Assembly (NCBI GenBank): GCA_046263195.1
Contig: JBHELG010000084.1
Location: forward strand, 4,855-68,854
Length of the DNA stretch: 64,000 nt
Direction of reading: 5' to 3'
DNA from: Nitriliruptorales bacterium
Lineage (GTDB): Bacteria; Actinomycetota; Nitriliruptoria; Nitriliruptorales; JAHWKO01
Shown here: in pieces, positions 51,395 to 60,912 of the stretch
How positions within the stretch are numbered: the stretch's first letter is position 1
Layout: each line of letters begins with the position of its first letter
Translations under genes and position numbers: made by a program
The notes under the pieces: model-generated
Database searches by the model: none
Told to the model about the DNA's origin: nothing
What the model saw: the letters and a program-made list of their open reading frames with translations, nothing else

Positions 51395-51517
51395 GGGCTG
51401 GCCGAGCGGTCTTGCAGTGGGAGGGGCCTCGAGCGAGGAGCGGTGTTGGCTCCCCCAAGACCGGGAAAGCTGGACCAAGACCGGGACAAGCCTGATCAAG
51501 ACCGCAGCGGGACAAAA
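51395..51517. repeat. Expanded copy of the repeat family with three internal CAAGACCG direct repeats
   Basis: GCGGTCTTG 51406-51414 / CAAGACCGC 51497-51505, then GGGACAA. CAAGACCG at 51456, 51476 and 51497. Confidence 0.7.
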
Positions 51518-51829
51518 CTCCGCTCGGCTCGAACTCATGCGCCTTTTCTGACCCAATCAGGCGGGGTTTGGGAGAGTACTGGTCACGTTGCTCGTAAAAG
51601 GACTCCGAGTTGGAGTCACCGCAATGTCCGAAAATACCTTGCCTTGCCAGCACCGCATGTCTACCGTCCCAGGGGTGCCCAGGTCGGCTTTTCCGCGAAT
51701 GACCTCGTCGAGTAGCGAGGCGTTTCCGCCTGACGAGGTACCGCAAGGGACTCTACTCATTTTACGGGCTGATCTCCTTTGTCACCCTCCGCTGTCCGAA
51801 TGACCACCTCATCTATCTCTTGGGGCGAG

Positions 51830-52444
51830 ATGACTGATTCTCATATACTGAGTGATGAGCCTCTTGCCAGCTCGAGGCGACGGGACGGAAGGGGTCAAGA
51901 GGTGGCGGCCAACAGGGTTCGTCTGCCGCCAGCGGCTGTCGAACGTATCCTGACCTGGGCGCACCACAGGTCATCGCGGGGTTGGCGCCCACTGACGGAG
52001 GTTCCGACGCTGCTCTACAGCGATGAATCGGAGTCCCTCGTCTACCTCGTGAATGCGGAGATAGTCGTGCGTCCCCCCGCCCTCGCTGGTGCCGGCTACT
52101 CGTGGGGCGAGGTCCGGTCGGGTTCTGGCGACCCGCAGCTCACCGCCGTCGGCGCGACCAGACAGCTGCAGCTGGGTGAGATGTCCCGATGGGGCGAGAG
52201 CGTGCCGGATTCTGATCCGGAAGTGGCCTCCACGCGGTCTCGTTGGGCCGAGACCCTGACGGTTACGGCCGATCCTGCGTTCTCCTTCTCCCGCCCCCGA
52301 GAGGCCCAGCCGGCAAAGATCTGGTCTGCCAGGGCGCTTCCCGCTTGGACCAGACCCGCCTCGGTCGATCGGGGGTCATCCGCCGAGAAGCGCGCTCCGG
52401 TAAGGACGTGGACCGCTCACGTTCCCCCTCCGAGGACTACCTGA
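51830..52444 (+). CDS. Hypothetical orphan protein
   Basis: Open frame 51779-52444 with GC-rich third positions in its central part; start could be ATG 51830 or GTG 51902; no recognisable motif. Confidence 0.4.
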   Translation: MTDSHILSDEPLASSRRRDGRGQEVAANRVRLPPAAVERILTWAHHRSSRGWRPLTEVPTLLYSDESESLVYLVNAEIVVRPPALAGAGYSWGEVRSGSGDPQLTAVGATRQLQLGEMSRWGESVPDSDPEVASTRSRWAETLTVTADPAFSFSRPREAQPAKIWSARALPAWTRPASVDRGSSAEKRAPVRTWTAHVPPPRTT

Positions 52445-52502
52445 GCGACACGGGCGGTAGCATCACGGAAGCTCCCCGCATCCCCGCCGCTCGAGGTCGA
52501 AT

Positions 52503-54104
52503 GTGAGGGTCCTCGTTGCTGACCGCCTGTCCGAGGCAGGCGTCACCGCGCTCGCCTCCCGTCATGAGGTCGATGTGAAGACCGGTCTCACGAAGGAGGA
52601 GCTGGTCCACGTCGTCCCCGCCTACGACGCGGTGGTCGTGCGCTCGTCCACGACGATCGACTCTGATGTTGTGGCGGCCGGCACGAACCTCAAGGTGATC
52701 GCACGGGCCGGCATCGGACTGGACAACGTCGACCTGAACGCGGCCACCCGCGCCGGCATCATCGTCTGCAATGCCCCTCAGTCGAACATCGTCTCGGCAG
52801 CTGAGCACACCCTCGGGCTCCTGTTGGCGCTGGCCCGAAACATCCCACAAGCAGACGCTCAACTGCGTAGCGGCCGCTGGGATCGCAACCGCTGGAGCGG
52901 TACCGAGCTGCATGGGAAGACGCTGGGCGTGATCGGGCTGGGGCGGATCGGAGTGCTGGTAGCCCAGCGCTGCAACGCCTTCGGCATGCGACTCATGGCC
53001 TACGACCCCTACATCTCGGTCGAGCGGGCGGCGCGCATGGGCGTCGCACTCGTCGACGAACTCGACGATGTGCTCCGACAGGCGGACTTCGTCACGCTCC
53101 ATCTGCCGAAGACGTCCGAGACGATGGGTCTCATCGACCGCGAGCGGCTACGACTCATGAAGCCCACCGCCCGGCTCGTCAATGCCGCCCGGGGAGGGGT
53201 GATCGACGAAGACGCGCTCTACGAGGCCCTGCGCGACGGCATCATCGCGGGGGCGGCGCTCGACGTATTCTCGGTCGAGCCGCTCACGACGAGCCCGCTG
53301 TTCTCGCTCGACAACGTCGTGCTCACGCCCCACCTCGGCGCTTCAACCCAGGAGGCGCAGGACAAAGCCGGCATCCAGGTGGCCGAAGCCGTCAACCTCG
53401 CCCTCGCCGGTGAGTTCGTGCCTTCGGCGGTCAACGTACAAGGCGGGCCAGTCGACGACCTCGTGCGTCCCTTCCTGGGACTGGCCCACAAGCTCGGACG
53501 GCTCTTCACCGCTCTCTGTGAGGGTGGCTTCGGGGGCGAGGTCAGCGTCAGCTACGTCGGCGAGATCGCCGGCGCCGACAGCCGCCTGCTCGGCCTGGCG
53601 ATGCTGAATGGGCTACTCAGCGACGTGGTCCACGAGCCGGTGACGTTCGTGAACGCACCTCTGCTCGCCGAAGAGCGGGGCATCCACCTACGCGAGGTGA
53701 GTGAAACCCACAGCGAGGACTTTGTCTCGCTGCTGCGGGTCGAAGGAACCGATCGGGACGGCAAGCGGCTCCGAGTGGCTGGGACGGTGCTCCAGCCGGT
53801 GGGACGGGAGCGGATCGTGGAGGTATGGAACGTCCCCGTCGACGTGGAACCCACGCGCTACATGGCCTTCTTCCGCTACGAGGACCGTCCCGGCATCATC
53901 GGCACCGTGGGAACCATTCTCGGCGAAGGCGACGTGAACATCGCCAATATGCAGGTGGGCAGGTTGGCTGCTGGCGGCGAGGCGATCATGGTCATGTCCC
54001 TCGACCAGCCAGTCGGGCGTGACGTGCTCGACAAGATCGTGGCAGAGATCGGCGCCTTCGAGGCTCGCGCCATCACCCTCGACGAACACTCGGGGGCAGG
54101 CTGA
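52503..54104 (+). CDS. serA: D-3-phosphoglycerate dehydrogenase
   Basis: ARAGIGLDNVD, SAAEHT, GLGRIG, VNAARGG, TPHLGAST and a C-terminal ACT domain (DRPGIIG). Confidence 0.96.
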   Translation: MRVLVADRLSEAGVTALASRHEVDVKTGLTKEELVHVVPAYDAVVVRSSTTIDSDVVAAGTNLKVIARAGIGLDNVDLNAATRAGIIVCNAPQSNIVSAAEHTLGLLLALARNIPQADAQLRSGRWDRNRWSGTELHGKTLGVIGLGRIGVLVAQRCNAFGMRLMAYDPYISVERAARMGVALVDELDDVLRQADFVTLHLPKTSETMGLIDRERLRLMKPTARLVNAARGGVIDEDALYEALRDGIIAGAALDVFSVEPLTTSPLFSLDNVVLTPHLGASTQEAQDKAGIQVAEAVNLALAGEFVPSAVNVQGGPVDDLVRPFLGLAHKLGRLFTALCEGGFGGEVSVSYVGEIAGADSRLLGLAMLNGLLSDVVHEPVTFVNAPLLAEERGIHLREVSETHSEDFVSLLRVEGTDRDGKRLRVAGTVLQPVGRERIVEVWNVPVDVEPTRYMAFFRYEDRPGIIGTVGTILGEGDVNIANMQVGRLAAGGEAIMVMSLDQPVGRDVLDKIVAEIGAFEARAITLDEHSGAG

Positions 54105-54107
54105 ACC

Positions 54108-54124
54108 GCCAAGACCGCCCTCCC
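54108..54124. repeat. Half copy of the repeat family
   Basis: GCCAAGACCGCCCTCCC is the exact 17-nt reverse complement of 62464-62480. Confidence 0.75.
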
Positions 54125-54127
54125 AGC

Positions 54128-54913
54128 CTAGAGGCCTTCGAGCATTGCCCTGGTTACCGGCTCGAAGAGGCTGGGTGCGAGATTGTCGTCGATCGGCAGG
54201 ACGCCGTCCGTGCGCCCCCGCGCCTGCGCGAGGATGAGGGCCGGATCGTTCACGTCCACTATGGACAGGGCAGGGATGCCCCGTTCCACGGCCGCCCCGC
54301 TCATGCCATGGTCACCGATGACGAGATCGGGCAGCTGGTCGCGGGTCGAAAGCTCGGCCAGCATCGCCTCCATGAGCCCGCTTCGGTGGGTGTGCATGAG
54401 CTCCCCACCGGAGAAGGCACAGGCGACGCCGTCCAAGTAGCGGATCCCGAGCTTGCGGTCTCCCTGCTCCATGAGGTCGCTGACGTCGTCGAGCGGGTTG
54501 AGGACCTCGCAACCGGCAGCTTGGAGCGCCCGCGAGATGGCCTGATAGTGGGGGAGGAGACCTGTCGGATGCCCGGTTGCGAGCAGGACCCGCCCGCCTT
54601 CGAGCGCAAAGGCGGCGAGGCGATCGCGGTGTAGTCCCACGGCGACCACACAAGCGTCAGGGTCGATCCATCCTGGTCCGTCCGGGTCTCGTGTCGTAGC
54701 CCGCTCGCCGCATAGGTCCGCTACCGCCGCTACAACCTCGTGCTCGGTGGCCGTCCGCCAGTCCGACAGGCCGAACGTGTAGTCGACGTTGCCTGCCACG
54801 ACCTTCGCGCAGTTGCCGAGGACATTGCGCGGCGAGGTCTGGACGTCACCTGCGAGGCGCGCGATGACGAGGTGCGCGCGCAGATCTCCCCCGTCGTCCG
54901 GCGCCAAGGGCAC
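54128..54913 (-). CDS. Actinobacterial putative phosphatase family protein
   Basis: LRAHLV.ARLAGDV, LLATGHP.GLL.HY, DLVIGDHG and DVNDPAL (family recalled as PF15698-like). Confidence 0.72.
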   Translation of the reverse strand: MPLAPDDGGDLRAHLVIARLAGDVQTSPRNVLGNCAKVVAGNVDYTFGLSDWRTATEHEVVAAVADLCGERATTRDPDGPGWIDPDACVVAVGLHRDRLAAFALEGGRVLLATGHPTGLLPHYQAISRALQAAGCEVLNPLDDVSDLMEQGDRKLGIRYLDGVACAFSGGELMHTHRSGLMEAMLAELSTRDQLPDLVIGDHGMSGAAVERGIPALSIVDVNDPALILAQARGRTDGVLPIDDNLAPSLFEPVTRAMLEGL

Positions 54914-55104
54914 GAGGCCTCCTTTTCGCAGGAAAGGTAACGAGCTGCCCGGCGGGGAGCCACCTACCGCCGACGCGCAAGGGCCGATGCGGGAAGCATG
55001 CCGCGACCGAGCCCCGAAATTCGGGCATAGCGCCCGACCACCGCCGATCTTCCTTCTGGCACGAAGAACGAAGGTTAGGCTCCCCTAAGCACGAAGGGGG
55101 CAGT

Positions 55105-56721
55105 ATGCGACGTCTGGTGCTTCTCGCGCTTGTCACGACACTGCTCGCAACAGCTTGCGCGGAAGGCGGTGGCGACCGGCAGGTAGCTAGCGAGCCCCCG
55201 AGCCGCTTGAGGGTGGCGGTCACGCGGGACTTCGGGTCGCTGAACATCTTCGCGGCGGACTTCGACGAGGAGGGTCTGACCGAGCTCGTCTACGACAAGC
55301 TGCTCGCTCCCTCGCCCTACGTCAGGGAGCCGCAGCCCTGGCTCGCGACGCGGGTGATCGCGCTCGACTCCTCGACGTGGCAGGTGACCCTCCGCGAGGA
55401 CGTGACGTGGCACGACGGGGAGCCGTTCAACGCCGACGACGTCGCTTTCACCATCGAGTACTTCAAGAAGGCGCCGACCGGCCGCTGGACGCACCATGTC
55501 AGCGAGGTCCCCGAGATCTCACAGGTCGAGGTGGTCGATCCCACCACCCTACGACTGAGGTGCGCCTATCCCTGTCCGGAGCTGGGAACGATAACGCTTG
55601 CTGACCTGCCCATCATCCCGGAACACCTCTGGCGCGGCATTGCCCAACCCCGTCAGTCCCCCGCCCCGCCTGTCGGCACGGGCCCGTATCGGCTCGCCGA
55701 CTACAGTCCGACGACGGGCTACCGGTTCGAGGCGAACGAGCAGTACTTCGCCGGCAAGCCGCGGATCCGCGAGCTGCTCATGCCGGTGATCCCCGACCCC
55801 TCCACGGCGTTCACCGCCCTGCGAACCGGTGAGATCGACGTCGCCGACCGGCCGGTGCCGCCGGAGCTGGCAGACGAGCTCCGAGGCGCACCCGGTATAG
55901 AGCTCATCTCCTCGGCACCGCTGGAGTTCCCCGAGCTGCGGCTGAACTTCCAACGCCCCGCTTTCGCCAACCACGAGGTTCGCCGGGCCCTTTCGCTCGC
56001 GGTCGACCGCGAGGCGCTGCTGCGGATAGTCGCCCTCGGACAGGGCCGGGCTGCGATGAAGGGCTACCCGCATCCCGACTCGCCCTGGACGAACCCCAAC
56101 CTCAACACGCCGTACGACCCCGGGGCAGCTCGGGCAATCCTTGACAGTGCCGGCTTTGCCGACCGCAACGGTGACGGCACCCGTGAGGCGCCCGACGGGA
56201 CGCCCCTTGCATTCTCCATACAGGTGACCGCAACAGAACCGGTGGAAGTCCGCGCCGCCGAGCTCCTAAGCGAGCAGTTCAGCACGGTCGGGGCCTCGGC
56301 CAACGTCCAGCCTGTGGATGCAGGGACGATCGACGGGCTGTTCCGAATGCGGCAGTTCGATGCCTATGTCAACGTCATCAGCGCGCACGGGGTGGCCGAC
56401 CCGACCCAGTACATCATGTCCCACCGCTCCGGCTACCTCTGGGACGCCCCAGAGGTTCCCTATCCCGCATGGGACGCACTGCACGAGCGCTGGCGGCAGG
56501 CCGCGACCCTCGACGAGCGTACACAGACCCTGTTCGAGATGCAGGAGCTCTTCAACCGGCAGCCCACAGCGATCCCCCTCTACTACCCGGAGGTCTCCTA
56601 CGCTGTGCGCCCTGCTTCCTACGACGGCTGGGTGACCTTGCCCGGCTACGGCGTCATGCACAAGTGGTCGCTGCTGCCCGAGGACGTGGGTCGGGCGGCC
56701 AATGCAGTGCAGGCGGAGTGA
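55105..56721 (+). CDS. ABC transporter substrate-binding lipoprotein (peptide/nickel, SBP family 5)
   Basis: Lipobox LATAC; VTWHDGEPFNADDVAFT, VGTGPY and VRRALSLAVDR. Confidence 0.92.
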   Translation: MRRLVLLALVTTLLATACAEGGGDRQVASEPPSRLRVAVTRDFGSLNIFAADFDEEGLTELVYDKLLAPSPYVREPQPWLATRVIALDSSTWQVTLREDVTWHDGEPFNADDVAFTIEYFKKAPTGRWTHHVSEVPEISQVEVVDPTTLRLRCAYPCPELGTITLADLPIIPEHLWRGIAQPRQSPAPPVGTGPYRLADYSPTTGYRFEANEQYFAGKPRIRELLMPVIPDPSTAFTALRTGEIDVADRPVPPELADELRGAPGIELISSAPLEFPELRLNFQRPAFANHEVRRALSLAVDREALLRIVALGQGRAAMKGYPHPDSPWTNPNLNTPYDPGAARAILDSAGFADRNGDGTREAPDGTPLAFSIQVTATEPVEVRAAELLSEQFSTVGASANVQPVDAGTIDGLFRMRQFDAYVNVISAHGVADPTQYIMSHRSGYLWDAPEVPYPAWDALHERWRQAATLDERTQTLFEMQELFNRQPTAIPLYYPEVSYAVRPASYDGWVTLPGYGVMHKWSLLPEDVGRAANAVQAE

Positions 56722-56796
56722 GGCGTGCGGAGCCGGAGTAGTGGGGCCTGGGCATTCCGCGGAGGTCGGAGTAACGGTCTTGGGCCTGTCAGGGCA

Positions 56797-57759
56797 GTGC
56801 GACGTTGGGGCCAGTACGCCCTCGTGCTGTGGGTCGCCCTGACCCTGAACTTCCTCCTCCCGCGCCTCGCGCCCGGAGACCCGATCGACTACGTGCTCGG
56901 TGAGTCCGTCGTGCCGAACGCCTCGGACCTGGAGCGCCTGCGGGCCGAGTACGGCCTCGAGGGTTCCCTGCCCGAGCAGTACGCCGACTACTGGACTCGC
57001 CTGGCCAGCGGACAGCTGGGCATATCGGTGCGCTTCGGCGAACCCGTCGCCAAAGTGCTCGCCGACCGGCTCCCCTGGACGGTCCTGCTCGTCGGCCTCG
57101 GCACGCTCGCCAGCGCGCTGCTCGCAACTCTGGCCGGGGCAGTCGCGGCCTGGAGACGTGGCGGGCGGCGGGACATCGGACTCGTGACCGGTCTGCTCGC
57201 GCTCGACGCGATGCCGGGCTTCTGGATCGGCATGCTGCTCATCTCGGTCTTCGCGGTCGAACTGGGATGGCTGCCCTCCTTCGGCGCGACGCCATTGGTG
57301 GCCTCCGGCCGCATCGACTGGGTGCTCGAGGTGGCACGGCGGCTCGTGCTGCCGGTCACGACGCTCGTGCTGGCCACTCTCGGTGGGACCTTTCTGCTCG
57401 CCCGCGGAGCGATGCTCTCCACCCTCGAGGAGGGATACGTACGCATGGCGCGGGCGAAGGGGGCCCCCGAACGCCGAGTTGTCATCCGCCACGGGCTGCG
57501 CACCGCGCTGCTGCCCATCTACACCAACGTCGCGCTGAGCTTCGGGGCTCTCCTGTCGGGCGCGGTCGTGGTCGAGACCGTGTTCGCGTACCCGGGCATA
57601 GGACGGCTGCTCTTCGAGGGCGTGCTCGCCCGCGATTACCCGCTGCTCCAAGGGGCCTTCGTCCTCGTCACGCTCGGCGTCGTGGCCGCCAACCTCGTCG
57701 CCGACCTCACCTACCCGCTGCTCGACCCGCGGGTCCGCCACGCGGGAGCCCAGTTGTGA
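56797..57759 (+). CDS. ABC transporter permease (DppB/OppB-like)
   Basis: LNFLLPRLAPGDP, EGYVRMARAKG (EAA loop) and ARDYPLLQG; start could be 56725. Confidence 0.92.
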   Translation: MRRWGQYALVLWVALTLNFLLPRLAPGDPIDYVLGESVVPNASDLERLRAEYGLEGSLPEQYADYWTRLASGQLGISVRFGEPVAKVLADRLPWTVLLVGLGTLASALLATLAGAVAAWRRGGRRDIGLVTGLLALDAMPGFWIGMLLISVFAVELGWLPSFGATPLVASGRIDWVLEVARRLVLPVTTLVLATLGGTFLLARGAMLSTLEEGYVRMARAKGAPERRVVIRHGLRTALLPIYTNVALSFGALLSGAVVVETVFAYPGIGRLLFEGVLARDYPLLQGAFVLVTLGVVAANLVADLTYPLLDPRVRHAGAQL

Positions 57760-59504
57760 GGATGTCTGGGAGTGGGCGTCGCGTGGGCTTGGTCGGGCTC
57801 GTCATCCTCCTCACCTTGGTGACGGTGGCCATCGCGGCGCCCCTGGTCGCCCCCTACCCGCCTCAGAGCCGGATCGGACCTCCGTTCTCATCCCCGGGCC
57901 TGCACAATCTGCTCGGCACGAACGACGTCGGTCAGGACCTGCTCAGCGGCCTGCTGTTCGGCGCACGCATCTCCCTGTCGGTAGGACTCGTTGCCGCCCT
58001 CACCGCCACAGTGGTCGGCACGGTCGTGGGGTTGCTGGCCGGCTACCTGGGCGGGGCGGTGGACAGCCTGCTCATGCGTCTCGTCGACGTCGTGCTGTCA
58101 CTGCCGTTCCTGCCGCTCATGATCGTCGTCGGCGCCTTCGTCGGGCCTGGGCTCGCCACGCTGATGCTCGTGATCGGCGCCATCATCTGGGCCGGGCCCT
58201 CCCGGGAACTGCGCGCCCAGATCATCTCGGCCAAGGAGCGGGAGCACGTGCAGGCGGTGCGCATCATGGGCGCATCGCACGGCTACGTGCTCGTGCGCCA
58301 TCTCCTGCCGGCCGTCGCCCCCCTCGTCGTGTCGCAGTTCGTGAGCACCGCGAAGATCGCGATCCTGCTCGAGGCCAGCCTGAGCTTTCTCGGACTCGGG
58401 GACCCCACGGCTCAGAGTTGGGGGACGATGCTCCATCACGCCTACGCTCGCAGCGCCTTTCTCAGCGACGCCTGGCTGTGGTGGGTGCTGCCGCCGGGAG
58501 CCGCGATCGCAGCGGCGGTTGTCTCTTTCGCCTTCCTCGGCTACGCCCTGGAGGAGCGGGCCCGTCCCCAGCTGGGCACGAGCCGGCCCCCGTTCCCGCC
58601 GAGGCGCTCGGCTCGAAGGACCCCGGCAGCCAAAGTCTCGGACACAGCCGCCGGGGGGCCTGGCCCGACCCCGCGGGCCGGTGGCGACGATTCAATCGTG
58701 CTCGCCTTCGAACGCCTCACGGTCGACTACGCGGGGCCGTCCGGCCAGCATCGGGCGGTCGAGGAGATCACCCTCTCGCTGGCTAGAGGTGAGGCGGTCG
58801 GGCTCGTAGGGGAGTCCGGCAGCGGCAAGTCGACCCTCGTATCGGCCGCACTCGGGCTCCTGCCTGCGGCCGCCCTCGTCACCAGTGGCCGGGTCGCCAT
58901 CGAGGGTCGCGACCTGAAGCGCCTCACCCGCGCGGAGCTCCGCCGCGTCCGGGGCGGCACGGTAGGCCTCGTCCCGCAGGAGGCCATGAATGCCCTCAAT
59001 CCCGTCATCCGTGTAGGGGAGCAGATTGCCGAATCCGTGCGTCTGCACGGCGGTGGCAGCCGTGCCGCCGCTCAGGCCCGGGCCAGGGAACTCCTCGAGG
59101 TCGTCGAGGTCGGGGCGGAAGCGGCCCGGGCCTGGCCGCACGAGCTGAGCGGAGGGATGCGCCAACGCGCGGTCATCGCCATGGCGCTTGCGGCCGAGCC
59201 GGGCATGTTGTTGGCCGACGAGCCCACTACCGGGCTCGACGTCGTCGTCCAGGCCAGCATCGTGCGCCTGATCGAGGATCTACGGCGACGCTTCGGTCTG
59301 ACCCTGCTGCTCGTGTCCCACGACCTGCCTGTGGTGCTGCGGCTGGCTGAGCGCGTCTGCATCATGGAACGGGGGCGGATCGTCGAGCAGGGTCCCATCC
59401 CCGCACTGGTGGCGTCGCCGCGTCATCCCGTCACCCGTCGCCTGCTGGACTCGGTACCTCGACTGCCTGTTCCCTCCGAGGGAACTCCCGCGAGGCGGTC
59501 GTGA
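57756..59504 (+). CDS. Fused ABC permease (DppC-like) + ATPase (DppD-like)
   Basis: LGTNDVGQD, ARISLSVG and EASLSFLGLG, then GESGSGKST, LSGGMRQR and ADEPTTGLD in one frame; GTGA overlap with the upstream permease. Confidence 0.9.
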   Translation: MRMSGSGRRVGLVGLVILLTLVTVAIAAPLVAPYPPQSRIGPPFSSPGLHNLLGTNDVGQDLLSGLLFGARISLSVGLVAALTATVVGTVVGLLAGYLGGAVDSLLMRLVDVVLSLPFLPLMIVVGAFVGPGLATLMLVIGAIIWAGPSRELRAQIISAKEREHVQAVRIMGASHGYVLVRHLLPAVAPLVVSQFVSTAKIAILLEASLSFLGLGDPTAQSWGTMLHHAYARSAFLSDAWLWWVLPPGAAIAAAVVSFAFLGYALEERARPQLGTSRPPFPPRRSARRTPAAKVSDTAAGGPGPTPRAGGDDSIVLAFERLTVDYAGPSGQHRAVEEITLSLARGEAVGLVGESGSGKSTLVSAALGLLPAAALVTSGRVAIEGRDLKRLTRAELRRVRGGTVGLVPQEAMNALNPVIRVGEQIAESVRLHGGGSRAAAQARARELLEVVEVGAEAARAWPHELSGGMRQRAVIAMALAAEPGMLLADEPTTGLDVVVQASIVRLIEDLRRRFGLTLLLVSHDLPVVLRLAERVCIMERGRIVEQGPIPALVASPRHPVTRRLLDSVPRLPVPSEGTPARRS

Positions 59505-60319
59505 GACTCGGCCAGCCGTCCCGACGTTCCCCGCCGTCCCCGCACGCCCCGCTGCTGCGAGTCGTGGAGATCCACAAGGTCTTTCGGCACGGGACGGTTA
59601 CTGCCGCCGAGGGCGTATCTTTCGCAGTGATGCCCGGTGAGGCGGTCGGGCTCGTGGGGCGAAGCGGTGCCGGGAAGACGACCATTGCCCGCATCCTCGT
59701 CGGGATGACAGCCCCGGACGCCGGTGAGGTCTTCTTCGAGGGACGCGACATCGTCAAGCTGGACCGTGGCGAGCGCCGTCGACTTGGCCGTGACATGCAC
59801 CTCATCTTTCAGGACCCCTACTCGGCCCTGCCACCCGGCATGCGGGTCGGTGACATCGTCGCTGAGCCGCTGGTCATCCAACGCACGCAGGGGGACATCA
59901 CGGGGCGCGTGCTCGAAGCGCTCACCGATGTGGCGCTCGACTCGCGCTACATCCGGCGTCTCCCGGGGGAGCTGTCCGGCGGCGAGCGTCAGCGGGTCGC
60001 GCTCGCACGAGCCATCATCACCCGTCCGCGGCTCATCGTCGCCGACGAGCCCACGGCGATGCTCGATCCATCCAGCGGCATGGATCTCCTGCGGACCATG
60101 GCCCGCCTGCGGGACGAGCACGGCGTCGCCTGGCTGTACATCACCCACGACTTGGCGCTGACGGCAGCGTATTGCACTCGCCTACTCGTGATCGACGGTG
60201 GCCGCATTGTGGAGTCCGGCGCCACCGCTGCGGTGTTGGGACGACCCGCGCACCCGCGGACACGAGAACTCGTGCACGCTGTCCGCGACCTGCACATGGC
60301 CCTTCCCTCCCCGTCATGA
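59501..60319 (+). CDS. ABC transporter ATPase (DppF-like)
   Basis: GRSGAGKTT, FQDPYSAL, LSGGERQR and ADEPTAML; GTGA overlap. Confidence 0.92.
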   Translation: MRLGQPSRRSPPSPHAPLLRVVEIHKVFRHGTVTAAEGVSFAVMPGEAVGLVGRSGAGKTTIARILVGMTAPDAGEVFFEGRDIVKLDRGERRRLGRDMHLIFQDPYSALPPGMRVGDIVAEPLVIQRTQGDITGRVLEALTDVALDSRYIRRLPGELSGGERQRVALARAIITRPRLIVADEPTAMLDPSSGMDLLRTMARLRDEHGVAWLYITHDLALTAAYCTRLLVIDGGRIVESGATAAVLGRPAHPRTRELVHAVRDLHMALPSPS

Positions 60320-60912
60320 GGAGGGTGGCGATGGTGGACATGGACCTGCGACTGCCGGGTGATCCGGTGCGGCACCCAGAGATCGAGCCGCTCGACTGCT
60401 ACTCCTTGCCGTCGTTGGACCTCGACACCTACGCCGGGCTCATCGTGCCCACGATGGTCGACCAGGAGTTCCTCCAACGCCACCGAAAGGTCCTGCGCGC
60501 CTACCTCGACCGCCGTGGTGTCATCGCTTTCAGCGGACACCTCCACCGCCCGTGGCTACCCGGCGCGGGCCTGTTCGAGCCGAAGCGGGTGCGGACCTTC
60601 CGTGACTATGAGGTACGCATAGTCGCCGACCACCCGGTCTTCGCCGGAGTGCAAGACGCCGACCTGACCTATCGCCGAGGCGTCGCCGGCTTCTTCGCCC
60701 GCGGCTACCACCGTCCGCCCCCAGGAGCGCAGGTACTCGTCGAGTTCACGAGCGGCGAGCCGGTCGTCTACGTCGACGAAGTCAGCACCGCGGGGACCCT
60801 TCTCGTTCATGCGGGCAACGACCTGGTCAACCTCGCGGGGGATGGGTCGAGCGCTTCCCGGGTAGGCGACCAGCTCGTGTCCTGGATACGGGGAGGGGGA
60901 GGTCAGGCATGA
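60316..60912 (+). CDS. Conserved uncharacterised protein (flavodoxin/GATase-like fold inferred), paralog 1
   Basis: ATGA overlap. DQEFL..L.AYL..G.....G..PWLPG, HPVFAGV..DLTYRRGVAGFFARG and VYVD..ST.GTLLVHAGNDL. Confidence 0.8.
   Translation: MRRVAMVDMDLRLPGDPVRHPEIEPLDCYSLPSLDLDTYAGLIVPTMVDQEFLQRHRKVLRAYLDRRGVIAFSGHLHRPWLPGAGLFEPKRVRTFRDYEVRIVADHPVFAGVQDADLTYRRGVAGFFARGYHRPPPGAQVLVEFTSGEPVVYVDEVSTAGTLLVHAGNDLVNLAGDGSSASRVGDQLVSWIRGGGGQA

Noticed and set aside
51456-51517. Possible CRISPR array or tRNA/att site
   Set aside because: Only three 8-14 nt repeats at 20-21 nt period, no 30-40 nt unique spacers, no cas genes, and no cloverleaf or TTCGA arm on either strand.
54914-55104. Cobalamin, TPP or SAM riboswitch before the ABC operon
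   Set aside because: No B12 box (GGGAA..GCCCCCGCAACTGT), TPP (CTGAGA) or SAM core could be matched by eye.
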